From Bacillus sp. FJAT-49736 (GTDB lineage Bacteria > Bacillota > Bacilli > Bacillales > Bacillaceae_C): DNA of 24,000 bases. This document shows, piece after piece, positions 1 through 9,259 of the stretch (positions are counted from its first letter, which is position 1; each line of letters begins with the position of its first letter). Location of the stretch: assembly GCF_018343615.1 (NCBI RefSeq), contig NZ_JAGYPI010000002.1, positions 57,562 to 81,561 of the forward strand, written 5' to 3'. The position numbers and the translations under genes were made by a program. Under the pieces are notes generated by a model. It was not told the DNA's origin. It saw only the letters and a program-made list of their open reading frames with translations, and made no database searches.

Positions 1-22
1 TTTTCCCCCTTCGACGACATTT

Positions 23-40
23 TGAATGAATACTCATTCA
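23..40. promoter_or_regulatory. FadR-type operator (TGAATGA-ATAC-TCATTCA)
   Basis: Near-perfect 18-bp palindrome TGAATGAATACTCATTCA matching the Bacillus FadR (YsiA) box as I recall it. An SD-like AAGGGGG on the minus strand at about 4-12 suggests a gene starting just left of the window, consistent with the B. subtilis fadNAE-yusM-yusN neighbourhood. Confidence 0.7.
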
Positions 41-455
41 TTTTGCTGCCAAAAAAATATCTCACGAATGAGTTTTACTACTTCTAATATATATGAATAT
101 TCAAATTCCATCAATAATTTATTTTCAAAAAATTTTATAAGTTTTTTGAAAAAGCCCTCTTTTCTTATACTTTGTAGCATTTGGTGACGTTACCCTTATA
201 ACAATCCTTACTTTAGTTTAGAATCCGTAATCATATTAAAAACAGTTTCTCAGAACCAAGTCTATTTTAGTACCTGCAATATATGAAAAAGCAACATTAT
301 TGGATTATTTAAATCATATCCCCCATATCTATTTTCATATTAGGCACCTCTCTCCTATTCCACTGAAAAAGATAGCTATCCAAATTGCCTATTAGCTCAT
401 ATTAAATTACTTAATGGGGAATCTAAAGTTAGAATCTGTCCGGGAGGTGATCAAA

Positions 456-590
456 ATGGCAAGAATGAAAAAAAATCCATCTAAAGCAGGTGTGAGTGCA
501 GCAAGCGTAAAAGGCAATGCTGGCCCTACGGTTGAAGGGGATGGTGGTGGAAAGGTAAACAGTCAAAATAACCAGTTTAAAAAACGTTAA
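456..590 (+). CDS. YuzL-like small protein (44 aa), probable sporulation-associated mini-protein
   Basis: ATG after a strong SD (GGGAGGTGATC). Translates to MARMKKNPSKAGVSAASVKGNAGPTVEGDGGGKVNSQNNQFKKR. Located directly upstream of the yusN-like gene. Not in the supplied ORF track. Confidence 0.65.
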   Translation: MARMKKNPSKAGVSAASVKGNAGPTVEGDGGGKVNSQNNQFKKR

Positions 591-625
591 ACGATACTAT
601 AGATGGAATGATAGGAGGCTTTTAC

Positions 626-934
626 ATGCAGCAACAAAATCAGCAGCAGAATCAGCAAATGGCAATGAATCAACCGCCAAGTATCATCTCAACGAAGGAT
701 TTATCCTATATTGATGATATGCTGGCATGGAATTTACTTGCCATGAAAAAGGCACATTTCGCAGCTGAGCACTGCCAAGATCAAGAAGTGAAGGCAGCCT
801 GTGAAAAATGTGGTGAAATGCATCAACGTCATTATAGTCAAATTCTCGGTCACTTACAGCACCACCTACAAAGTCAGCAAAATCAACCATTTCAGCAAAA
901 TCAACAGTACCAACAAAATCAGCAAATGATGTAA
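626..934 (+). CDS. yusN: YusN-like spore coat-associated protein, Gln-rich termini
   Basis: ORF 608..934; the ATG at 626 is better placed after AGGAGG than the ORF-track start. Contains PPSIISTKDLSYIDDMLAWNLLAMKKAHFAAEHCQD, typical of the YusN/coat-F-like family. Confidence 0.7.
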   Translation: MQQQNQQQNQQMAMNQPPSIISTKDLSYIDDMLAWNLLAMKKAHFAAEHCQDQEVKAACEKCGEMHQRHYSQILGHLQHHLQSQQNQPFQQNQQYQQNQQMM

Positions 935-953
935 GGAAAAAGGAGGTCCACTC

Positions 954-1289
954 TTGCAAAATCAACAAGGTATTCAAAATTCGCAAACACAGGTGCCAAA
1001 AACATCCCGTATGAATGATCGTGATTTTGCGAACGATCTACTCTCTATGGAGAAGTATATGACTGCTTCTTACAATAATGCTTTAAATGAAGCGAGTCAC
1101 CAAGGTCTATATCAGGACCTATTATCCATTTTTAACGAAACACAAAATGAACAGCGCGAAATGTATAATCTTATGTTTCGAAAAGGCTGGTACAAGCTTG
1201 AAGAAGCAGACCAGCAAAAAATGCAGCAATCCTACCAGAAGCATCAGGAATATTCATCACAGTTTCCATATGGAAATCAAATGCATTGA
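954..1289 (+). CDS. CotF-family spore coat protein
   Basis: TTG start after AGGAGG. Contains MNDRDFANDLLSMEKYMTASYNNALNEASHQGLYQDLLSIFNETQNEQREMYNLMFRKGWY, the coat F domain pattern. Confidence 0.8.
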   Translation: MQNQQGIQNSQTQVPKTSRMNDRDFANDLLSMEKYMTASYNNALNEASHQGLYQDLLSIFNETQNEQREMYNLMFRKGWYKLEEADQQKMQQSYQKHQEYSSQFPYGNQMH

Positions 1290-1342
1290 TTTATTTAGGG
1301 GATTTTATCCTTCTAAATGGATTGCAGGTTTCCCTTTATATT

Positions 1343-1371
1343 GTCCTTCATTATTTGTATGAAGGACTTTT
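1343..1371 (+). terminator. Rho-independent terminator 1
   Basis: GTCCTTCAT-TATTTGT-ATGAAGGAC followed by TTTT, downstream of the CotF-family gene. Confidence 0.65.
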
Positions 1372-1398
1372 CTAATTGTAGAGTGTTTCATTTTGTCT

Positions 1399-1424
1399 TC
1401 CTTCACTTCTATGAAGGACTTTTT
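1399..1424 (+). terminator. Rho-independent terminator 2, near-duplicate of the first
   Basis: TCCTTCA-CTTCTA-TGAAGGA followed by CTTTTT. Confidence 0.5.
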
Positions 1425-1661
1425 CATTTATGGAATTTTTGTTTTGTCTTACATAGTCTCTAAAAAATTTTTTAGCCGTTGCTATCTTTCATCTCCCCCT
1501 TTAATGAACTCTTTTTATATCAGAAAGTATTCTCCACTTATCCTGGTTCTCTTCACTTCTTTTACATATTACACCTATTATTGGCAAAGACTAAGAATGA
1601 TAATAATTGGATTTTCCCTCTGATGACGGGCCATATAACTATTTAATACGGGGGAACGGAT

Positions 1662-3173
1662 ATGGACTTTTTTAAAAAAAGAAGAAAAAAGAAGGAATCG
1701 AGCAATAACAATCAACAAGAGCAACAAAATACACAGGATAACCAACCGAAATCCTCTGATGTAAAAGAGGCTAAATATTTCAACCATCGGACAAATTTGC
1801 ATTTTTCGATAAGATTTGTCGCTACCTTAGTAGATGAAGAAATTCTGCAAAGAAGTGTACTGCCGTATTTACAAGAGGAATGGTTTGAAAAAATTGAAGA
1901 TATCTATAATATTCTTCCTATTGCAGATTTCGAAATAAGTACAGATATCACTCAAATAGAGCAAAAATTATATAATGGATATATTTTACTTCGAACAGAG
2001 CTAGAGAGAGACAGCAAATTTGCTTTTATTTCGGCTCAAAAAGAAATTACCCGTACGGTCAGTGCTCCTGAAATTGAGTTCAGTGTAATTGGTCCAAAGG
2101 AAGCTTTCATTGAATCGCTTGATCAAAACTTAAATTTAATTAGAAAGAGATTGCCCATTAAAGAACTCATAATCGAAGAATTTAAGGTTGGCTCTCTTTC
2201 TAAAACAAAAGTTGCGGTACTTTATATTAATGGAACAACTAACATGGATAATGTTCAAACTGTACGCCAAAGATTAAATGATATTGATTTTGATACCGTT
2301 AGTGATAGTTCTTTTATCGAACAGATTTTATCAGATAATCACTCATCACCCTTTCCTGCCTTTCTGGATACGGAAAGACCTGACCGGGCAGCAGGTGTTT
2401 TAAGTCAAGGGAAAGTGGTACTTCTGGTAGATGGCTCACCTCATGCATTAATTGGCCCGACGACTCTTGTGGAGTTTTTTGTATCCTTTGAGGATTATTA
2501 TATTAACTGGGGCCTTGCTACTTTCTTTAGGTTATTACGGATATTTTCCGTTCTATTTTCCATCTTGGTTACCCCCTTATATGTGGCGGCATTAACCTAT
2601 CATTATCATTTAATACCGACCAATCTAATGGCAACACTGATCAGTTCACGACAAGGGGTGCCATTTCCTCCAATTCTGGAGGCGCTCGTGCTGGAGCTTA
2701 CGATTGAGCTTTTACGGGAGGCCGGCGCTAGGCTGCCTACGAAAATCGGACAGACAATTGGTATCGTGGGTGGTATCGTTATCGGAACCGCATCAGTGGA
2801 TGCTGGTTTTACTAGTAACGTACTTCTCATTTTAATCGCATTGGCAGCACTAGCATCCTTTACGACGCCTGTTTATAAGATTGGTAATACGATTCGTACA
2901 ATTCGTTTCCCATTCCTACTATTTGCTCAGTTATGGGGATTGCTTGGAATTGTGTTTTGCTTTTGTATTCTGTTAACCCATTTAATTCGTTTAACATCTC
3001 TTGGTAGGCCATATTTAGAACCATTATATCCATTACGCTTTCCTGATTTAAAAGATACGATTATACGTTTAGGTTTTAATAAACAGGCATTTCGACCACT
3101 TTATTTACAAACAAAAGATACTTTACGTTTTCCACCAAAGGATGGGAAACGTAAAAAGGATATTGATGAGTAG
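1662..3173 (+). CDS. Spore germination protein, GerAA/GerKA family (A subunit)
   Basis: 503 aa. N-terminal charged/Gln-rich region, then FNHRTNLHFSIRF...DRAAGVLSQGKVVLLVDGSPHALIGPTTLVEFF...EDYYINW and ELLREAGARLPTKIGQTIGIVGGIVIG, hallmarks of GerA-type A subunits. Confidence 0.92.
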   Translation: MDFFKKRRKKKESSNNNQQEQQNTQDNQPKSSDVKEAKYFNHRTNLHFSIRFVATLVDEEILQRSVLPYLQEEWFEKIEDIYNILPIADFEISTDITQIEQKLYNGYILLRTELERDSKFAFISAQKEITRTVSAPEIEFSVIGPKEAFIESLDQNLNLIRKRLPIKELIIEEFKVGSLSKTKVAVLYINGTTNMDNVQTVRQRLNDIDFDTVSDSSFIEQILSDNHSSPFPAFLDTERPDRAAGVLSQGKVVLLVDGSPHALIGPTTLVEFFVSFEDYYINWGLATFFRLLRIFSVLFSILVTPLYVAALTYHYHLIPTNLMATLISSRQGVPFPPILEALVLELTIELLREAGARLPTKIGQTIGIVGGIVIGTASVDAGFTSNVLLILIALAALASFTTPVYKIGNTIRTIRFPFLLFAQLWGLLGIVFCFCILLTHLIRLTSLGRPYLEPLYPLRFPDLKDTIIRLGFNKQAFRPLYLQTKDTLRFPPKDGKRKKDIDE

Positions 3174-3211
3174 CTTAATTAGACTTGCCGCAAAGAAGGT
3201 GAAAGTACGCC

Positions 3212-4279
3212 ATGAAAAAAATCCTCATACTCAGTTCCGTTCTAATTTTTATTTTAAGCGGCTGTGTTCAGCAGGAAATCATTGATAAGCAAAATATTGA
3301 AACAGCGGTTGGTTTTGATTTGGCGGATGGAAGAATCGAAGGAACGGTCCTCTATCCTACCTATAATACCGACAAAAGTGTTACGAACAATATTCTTGTA
3401 ACAGAAGCGAAAGTCAGTCGTGACATATTAGAAAAACTTGAAAAAAAATCGGATCAGCCATTAGTCACGGGCAGTCTCCAGGTTGTTTTATTTGGAAAAG
3501 GTCTTGCGAGACGCGGTTTCTTTCATTTGATCGATTCTTTGCAGAGAGATCCTAACATTGGGTCCAGAATTCACCTTGCAGTTGTAGATGGAAGTACCTC
3601 CTCTTTACTTATGGGGAAATACGGAAGTACTGGAAATGGTGTCTATATAAAAGATCTTCTGGACCATAATATGAAGTATCTTGATGTTCCAAGGCAAAAC
3701 TTGCATTTATTTGGTGCCTACTTATTTGAAAAGGGTAGGACCACTTATTTACCTATTATAAAACAAGTAAACAATAGCGAACTTGAAATTAGCGGAATAG
3801 CCTTATTTAACACCAAAAGGATGGTAATGGAAATCCCGCCAAGTAAAATGTTTAATTTTAAACTATTAGTAGACCGTCATACTGCGGGAAACCAAACAGT
3901 TAATTTAAATAAGCAGCAGGTAGTTATACGAAGCATTAACTCAAGTAATAGCATTAAGGTGAATAAAAAAAAGAAACCTTACGAAATCGTGGTTCATATT
4001 AACATTGAAGGAATAATTCGTGAGTACACTGGTGAAAAAATAGATAATAAAATTATGGATAAATTTGAAAAGGCATTCAATAAAAAAATAAAAAGAGAAA
4101 CAACAGCTTTATTAAAGGATTTTCAAAAAAGAAATATCGACCCAGTTGGAATTGGAGAACGTGTTGAGAACGTATCCAGACATTTCGATTGGGACAAATG
4201 GTGGAATTCTGAATATAAAAATGTAACTTTTAAGGTAAAACCAAAGGTTTCAATCGTAGAGAGCGGTACAGTAGAATAA
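3212..4279 (+). CDS. Ger(x)C family germination lipoprotein (C subunit)
   Basis: 355 aa. Lipobox LSGC, ETAVGFDLADG near the N-terminus, C-terminal helix-rich GerAC domain (FQKRNIDPVGIGERV...W). Confidence 0.88.
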   Translation: MKKILILSSVLIFILSGCVQQEIIDKQNIETAVGFDLADGRIEGTVLYPTYNTDKSVTNNILVTEAKVSRDILEKLEKKSDQPLVTGSLQVVLFGKGLARRGFFHLIDSLQRDPNIGSRIHLAVVDGSTSSLLMGKYGSTGNGVYIKDLLDHNMKYLDVPRQNLHLFGAYLFEKGRTTYLPIIKQVNNSELEISGIALFNTKRMVMEIPPSKMFNFKLLVDRHTAGNQTVNLNKQQVVIRSINSSNSIKVNKKKKPYEIVVHINIEGIIREYTGEKIDNKIMDKFEKAFNKKIKRETTALLKDFQKRNIDPVGIGERVENVSRHFDWDKWWNSEYKNVTFKVKPKVSIVESGTVE

Positions 4280-4310
4280 GAAAAGCGGAAGCGCCTTTCT
4301 CCTTAACATG

Positions 4311-4347
4311 AAAAAGCCTGTTGATTGTTCTTATCAACAGGCTTTTT
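4311..4347. terminator. Bidirectional terminator between gerC-like and SEDS gene
   Basis: Perfect 15-bp inverted repeat AAAAAGCCTGTTGAT / ATCAACAGGCTTTTT with a 7-nt loop and A/T tracts on both sides. Confidence 0.9.
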
Positions 4348-4364
4348 CAGTTAAAGCTTTATAT

Positions 4365-5537
4365 TTACACTTCAGTAGAGAACATATATTTTTTGTGATG
4401 ATATCTCATAGAAAAAACCAGCCCAATTGCCAGCATATTCCCCATAAGCGAGCTTCCTCCATAGCTTATAAAAGGCAGAGGAATTCCGGTGATAGGTAAA
4501 ATACCAATAGTCATTCCGATATTTTGGAATACGTGGAAGGTAATCATAGCAATAATACCGGAACAAACATAGGAATAATAATCGTTCTTCGTTTCAAGAC
4601 TTACTTTTGTAATATGGTAAATTAGCATAAAAAATAAACTGACGACAATACTTGCCCCGATAAAGCCATATTGCTCCCCGATCACACTGAAAATAAAGTC
4701 GGTTTGACTCTCTGGCAAATAGACCTCTCTATGGTTCAGGCCTTTCCCTAATGTTTCTCCAGAACCGATTGCCAATAAAGACTTAATTAATTGATAGCCG
4801 GAATCACTTTGGTAATTATAAGGGTCTAGCCATGAATAAATACGTCCGAATTGATATGGTTGGACATGCAAATATTTACTTAAAATCTGTGGAGCCCAAA
4901 TAACAAAATAAAGCAAAGTGCCAGCAATAGCAGAAAAGCCTCCGAATATCGGTAACAATAGCTTCCATGTAATTCCAGAGGTAAAAATAACCCCAAGCAT
5001 TATTGCCAGATAAACTAAAACGGTACCAAGGTCCGGCTCTAGCATAATTAATGCGCACGGAATAATGGTTACGATTCCTAATTTCACTAAAAGCCAAAAA
5101 TCAGTTTTCACCGTTTTGATGATAAACTTTTGATGATGATCTAAGACACATCGTGATAATGCCAGAATGAAAAATACCTTTGTTATTTCAGAAGGCTGAA
5201 AAGTTCCAAGAAACGGAACTTTGAACCAGTTTTTTGCTCCTTTAATTTCAGGAGCGATGGATGCTGGAGCAATTACAAGCAGGAATAATAATAAAATTCC
5301 AAATCCATAAGAATACCAGGACAATTTTTTTAATTGATCAGAATCCAGCCGAATACTAAACACAATTATCCCTGTACCGACTATATACCAAATTGCTTGT
5401 TTCAATACAAAGTTATCGGAATACTGCCCCGATTTTTGAGCGCTATATACAGATACTAGACTTGCTAGACACATTAGCATTAACGTTAAAACAAGTCCGT
5501 AATCTATTTTCGATGTTTTTGTTGTCTGAGAAGTCAT
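4365..5537 (-). CDS. SEDS family protein (RodA/FtsW/SpoVE), paralogue 1
   Basis: 390 aa, polytopic. Contains GAKNWFKVPFLGTFQPSEITKV, EPDLGTVLVYL, PESQTDFIFSVIGEQYGFIGA, GIPLPFISYGGSS. Confidence 0.9.
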   Translation of the reverse strand: MTSQTTKTSKIDYGLVLTLMLMCLASLVSVYSAQKSGQYSDNFVLKQAIWYIVGTGIIVFSIRLDSDQLKKLSWYSYGFGILLLFLLVIAPASIAPEIKGAKNWFKVPFLGTFQPSEITKVFFILALSRCVLDHHQKFIIKTVKTDFWLLVKLGIVTIIPCALIMLEPDLGTVLVYLAIMLGVIFTSGITWKLLLPIFGGFSAIAGTLLYFVIWAPQILSKYLHVQPYQFGRIYSWLDPYNYQSDSGYQLIKSLLAIGSGETLGKGLNHREVYLPESQTDFIFSVIGEQYGFIGASIVVSLFFMLIYHITKVSLETKNDYYSYVCSGIIAMITFHVFQNIGMTIGILPITGIPLPFISYGGSSLMGNMLAIGLVFSMRYHHKKYMFSTEV

Positions 5538-5710
5538 ACTGTCTCGTCTCCTACTAAGTCTTAAACTACTTGTTCAATCGGTCTTTTCTTAAATAAAAAT
5601 ATACGAAAAGCAACAATTTTTTTTAAAAGCAGCCTTCCGTTTTCAACAAGTATAGTCATAATAACATTATACAGGGTGTTGTCAACGATACAAAGTCACA
5701 AATTGTGGCA

Positions 5711-5740
5711 TTGTGATGACCAAAAAATAATGTATATAAT
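5711..5740 (+). promoter_or_regulatory. Candidate housekeeping promoter for the thioredoxin-like gene
   Basis: TTGTGA-N18-TATAAT, about 100 nt upstream of the TTG start. Confidence 0.45.
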
Positions 5741-5841
5741 ACATCAACGCAAAACAAATAAATTGAATGAAAAGAAGAGAACTTATACAATACTAATGAA
5801 ATGCACAGTAAAATTTTGTTTTTGAGGAAGGAGGATCTATT

Positions 5842-6156
5842 TTGGAAGAAATTAAAGATCTTGAAACATTCGAACAGATAATATCCAGTGATAAACCTGT
5901 CATCATGAAGTTTTTTGCCGGCTGGTGTCCGGATTGTACAAGGATGAATATGTTTATTGATGATATCATTAAAGATTACAGCCAATATAAATGGTTTGAA
6001 ATTAATCGTGATCAATTTCCTGAGCTTGCTGAAAAATATTCCGTAATGGGAATTCCTAGTTTGCTTTTGTTCCAAAACGGAGAAAAGCTTGCACATTTGC
6101 ACTCTGCTAATGCAAAATCTCCTGAACAAGTGCGAGAATTTCTGGACGCTCAATAA
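5842..6156 (+). CDS. Thioredoxin family protein (WCPDC active site)
   Basis: 104 aa. KPVIMKFFAGWCPDCTRMN...FEINRDQFPELAEKYSVMGIPSLLLFQNGEK with cis-Pro. TTG start after AAGGAGG. Confidence 0.88.
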   Translation: MEEIKDLETFEQIISSDKPVIMKFFAGWCPDCTRMNMFIDDIIKDYSQYKWFEINRDQFPELAEKYSVMGIPSLLLFQNGEKLAHLHSANAKSPEQVREFLDAQ

Positions 6157-6165
6157 TTGTTGTAA

Positions 6166-6197
6166 AAAAACGACGAGTCATATGACTGGTCGTTTTT
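6166..6197. terminator. Bidirectional terminator
   Basis: AAAAACGAC-g-AGTCA-TA-TGACT-g-GTCGTTTTT, a long near-perfect inverted repeat between the converging genes. Confidence 0.8.
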
Positions 6198-7389
6198 ACT
6201 TTGTCTCAAACATATATTTCCCATACATTTTGTGTATAGATAGAGCAATACCAAACAGCAGCATATTGGAAAATAAGGAACTTCCACCATAAGTTAAAAA
6301 TGGTAGGGAAATCCCCTTAACAGGCATTATTCCAACCATCATACCTATGTTTTGAAAGATTTGCAGAGATAACTCAGCAACCACCCCTATGCAAAAATAT
6401 GTACCAAAAGGAGTTTTCGTTTTGACTCCAATACTAGTCAGTCGATATATAAGTAAGAAAAACAAACAGATTACTAGGGAAGCACCAACAAATCCCCCTT
6501 CTTCCGCCACTGTCGCAAAAATAAAATCGGTATGCTTTTCAGGAATATATACATCTCCATGTCCAATACCTTTTCCGTATAATTCTCCACTACCTACCGC
6601 TAAAATAGCCTTTTTCGTTTGATAACCCTGATTTGGATTTTGATCTGGTTCCAACCACCCAATAACACGCTCTTGTTGATGTGGTTTTAACATCGGAATC
6701 AAATCCTTATATAAAATATCAGGATGTATGAAATATATATATACTAAACCGGACACTAGCAGGGATGGGATGATAATTAACCCTACAATCAGCTTTTTAT
6801 TAATCCCAGAAAGAAAAATAATGCTTGAAATGCTTGCAAGATATAAAAACACCATTCCAGTATCAGGTTGCTGATATACAAATATGGATGGTGGGATTGT
6901 AACCAAAAAGATTTTTCCAATCAACCACAAATCTGAATGCATTGTCCGTTGCTCATAAACTTCATTATGATTCATCGCTATATTTGCCGTTACAATTAAC
7001 AATGGAATTTTAAAAAATTCGGAGGGCTGTATCGATCCAAGCAATGGAATCTGATACCATCTTTTTGCACCAAGGATTGGGTGTGCAATAGTATCCGGTA
7101 AAGGCAGTGCCAAAATAATAATGGAGGAAAATCCAATAATATATAAAATCCAGCCTAATCTTTGAATTTGATCCGGATCTAAATATGCCATGAAAAATAG
7201 TAAGGTGAACCCAATTAGATAGTTAATCCCTTGCTTTAGAGCAAAATTATCATGACCATATTGTCCGGTTTGCTGGCTGCTATGGATAAATACAATACTT
7301 AGCAGGGCTAGCATAATAATAATAAATACAATAGTTGGGTCCAATCTTTTCAAAAAATCATTTTCTGTCTTCATATAATACTCCTGCAA
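6196..7389 (-). CDS. SEDS family protein (RodA/FtsW/SpoVE), paralogue 2
   Basis: 397 aa. GAKRWYQIPLLGSIQPSEFFKI, QPDTGMVFLYL, YIPEKHTDFIFATVAEEGGFVGA, GISLPFLTYGGSS. Confidence 0.9.
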   Translation of the reverse strand: MQEYYMKTENDFLKRLDPTIVFIIIMLALLSIVFIHSSQQTGQYGHDNFALKQGINYLIGFTLLFFMAYLDPDQIQRLGWILYIIGFSSIIILALPLPDTIAHPILGAKRWYQIPLLGSIQPSEFFKIPLLIVTANIAMNHNEVYEQRTMHSDLWLIGKIFLVTIPPSIFVYQQPDTGMVFLYLASISSIIFLSGINKKLIVGLIIIPSLLVSGLVYIYFIHPDILYKDLIPMLKPHQQERVIGWLEPDQNPNQGYQTKKAILAVGSGELYGKGIGHGDVYIPEKHTDFIFATVAEEGGFVGASLVICLFFLLIYRLTSIGVKTKTPFGTYFCIGVVAELSLQIFQNIGMMVGIMPVKGISLPFLTYGGSSLFSNMLLFGIALSIHKMYGKYMFETK

Positions 7390-7409
7390 ATATGGTGCTC
7401 ACATCCACA

Positions 7410-8357
7410 TTATAGATGTTCGTTTGTTTGTAAAAATTCCATCAACGACTGTTTGTTTTTCTCAACATCAATATTTAATACGTCCCCGACATCCACCCGT
7501 TCATTCTTAAAGGAATCTTTTACTGGTAATCTTAAAGTTTCTGTTTTTTGAGATTTACCAATTATTAAGCCCTTCCCGATTGCCAGAATGGTCGGGGTAT
7601 CGAGGTTTGTATCAATGTAAGGGTCTGCAATACCTAATATCTTAGGAAGATTCACTAAACTGTGTACAGAAGCTGCTTGCTCCTTTAGTTTTCCAATGAC
7701 TTCTTGTTGCCGCTCCACACGTCCAAAATCGCTTAAACGGTCATGACGAAAACGTACATATCCCAAGAGTTGTTTTCCTTGTAGCACTTGTTTCCCTGGA
7801 TGAAGTGTCATCCCAATTCCATAGGACATTTCATATGGGATGTCCACTTCAATTCCTTTCGGCGCAATAATATCCACAATCTTCGAAAATCCTTCGAAAT
7901 CAACAACTGCATAATAATTAATATCCAAATCAAATTCTTCTTTAACTGTTTTCCTTAATAATTCCGGTCCTCCATATGCAAAGGCTGCATTCAATTTTTG
8001 CTTTCCATGATCTGGAACATCTACATACATATCTCTCATCAACGATACAATTTTTAAGCCTTTTGTATTTTGATTATAATGAGCAATCATTATCGTATCG
8101 GATCTAGAATGCTTTTCTCCTCGAGAATCACTTCCAATTAATAAGATATTTATTTCTCCAAATTGCGGTTCTGCCCCTTGAAATGGTGTAAAGGATTGCC
8201 CATCCTTTTTGTATTTACCATCTGCTGCTTCCGATAAGCCCTTGTTATATTGGTAAATACAATAAACAGCCACTGCAATTATGACTAAGATAAATAATAA
8301 TAGGAGGTTTCGTATCCACTTCCGCAGTCCTGGCTTCTTTTTCTTTCTTTGTTCCAT
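7410..8357 (-). CDS. LytR-CpsA-Psr (LCP) family transferase
   Basis: 315 aa. N-terminal TM, then INILLIGSDSRGEKHSRSDTIMIAHYN, KIVSLMRDMYVDVPDHGKQKLNAAFAYGG, LLGYVRFRHDRLSDFGRVERQQEV. Confidence 0.92.
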   Translation of the reverse strand: MEQRKKKKPGLRKWIRNLLLLFILVIIAVAVYCIYQYNKGLSEAADGKYKKDGQSFTPFQGAEPQFGEINILLIGSDSRGEKHSRSDTIMIAHYNQNTKGLKIVSLMRDMYVDVPDHGKQKLNAAFAYGGPELLRKTVKEEFDLDINYYAVVDFEGFSKIVDIIAPKGIEVDIPYEMSYGIGMTLHPGKQVLQGKQLLGYVRFRHDRLSDFGRVERQQEVIGKLKEQAASVHSLVNLPKILGIADPYIDTNLDTPTILAIGKGLIIGKSQKTETLRLPVKDSFKNERVDVGDVLNIDVEKNKQSLMEFLQTNEHL

Positions 8358-8611
8358 CTAAAATTCCCCTAACAAAAAATAAACTGTTATTTTTACTAAT
8401 AGCTGTATTCGTATATTTTGTTACTTTTTTTGTTCTCAACGCTAATAAAAATCGGTTCGGGACATCTTTTGTTAAAACGATTAAAGGATTGTTTTTTAGG
8501 TTATCATCACTAAAGGCAACAAAGTGTAAGAAAATAGCCAAACTAATAGACGCAAACTATGTTCTTATTTTCTGTTAATTAATCTATTAATCTTCTTAAA
8601 AATGTCCTATA

Positions 8612-9259
8612 TTAGTCTTTCATTAATAATAGTCCCATTACTATCTGCACAGCTGTTGCATCATCTAAATAGCCTATAGGAAAAATATAATCGGGAATAA
8701 CATCTACCGGTAGAATAAAATAAATTAAGGCACTCCCTATTAAGATAAGCTCTTTAGGGGTTCCATTACTTAAACGAAATTTTTCATACATCGCTTTCAA
8801 CTGATTAATAAACGGACCAATGCTGCCAACCTTCTGAAGTTTCTCTTCGAACCCTTCCAGAATAGTTTCTTTGCCTTCTTCCGTTTGTGAGTATTGCTCA
8901 TACTTTACTAATTGTTTTTCGATATTTTCTATTGAAAAATTTTTATCATATACATCAGAGGATTCTAATAAGCTTTGTATGTTATTAACGGATACATGGA
9001 TATCGGAAAGCTGCCGATCGTTCCAATCTTCAATTGGATAGCCTGCCGCTTCTAAAAATTTTGTCAATGGCATATCTAGGCACTCTGCAAATTTTCGTAG
9101 GTGTACAGGTGTTGCTTTTCGTTTTCCATTAACAATCCTCGAAATGGTTGCAGTATCAATTCCCGTAAGCTCGCTAAATTTCCTCATTGATAGTGATCGT
9201 TCCTTAAGCAATTCTTTTAAGAGAATACCTACCTGATCATTTTTTCCCTCTATCGTCAT
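8612..9259 (-). CDS. XRE-family HTH protein with C-terminal DUF1232 (YkvA-like) domain, paralogue 1
   Basis: 215 aa. HTH LSMRKFSELTGIDTATISRIVNGKRKATPVHLRKFAECLDM; C-terminal YFILPVDVIPDYIFPIGYLDDATAVQIVM. Confidence 0.85.
   Translation of the reverse strand: MTIEGKNDQVGILLKELLKERSLSMRKFSELTGIDTATISRIVNGKRKATPVHLRKFAECLDMPLTKFLEAAGYPIEDWNDRQLSDIHVSVNNIQSLLESSDVYDKNFSIENIEKQLVKYEQYSQTEEGKETILEGFEEKLQKVGSIGPFINQLKAMYEKFRLSNGTPKELILIGSALIYFILPVDVIPDYIFPIGYLDDATAVQIVMGLLLMKD

Noticed and set aside
5656-6153. 165-aa minus-strand ORF
   Set aside because: Fully antisense to the thioredoxin-like gene, low-complexity aromatic/Cys-rich translation, no SD; a shadow ORF.
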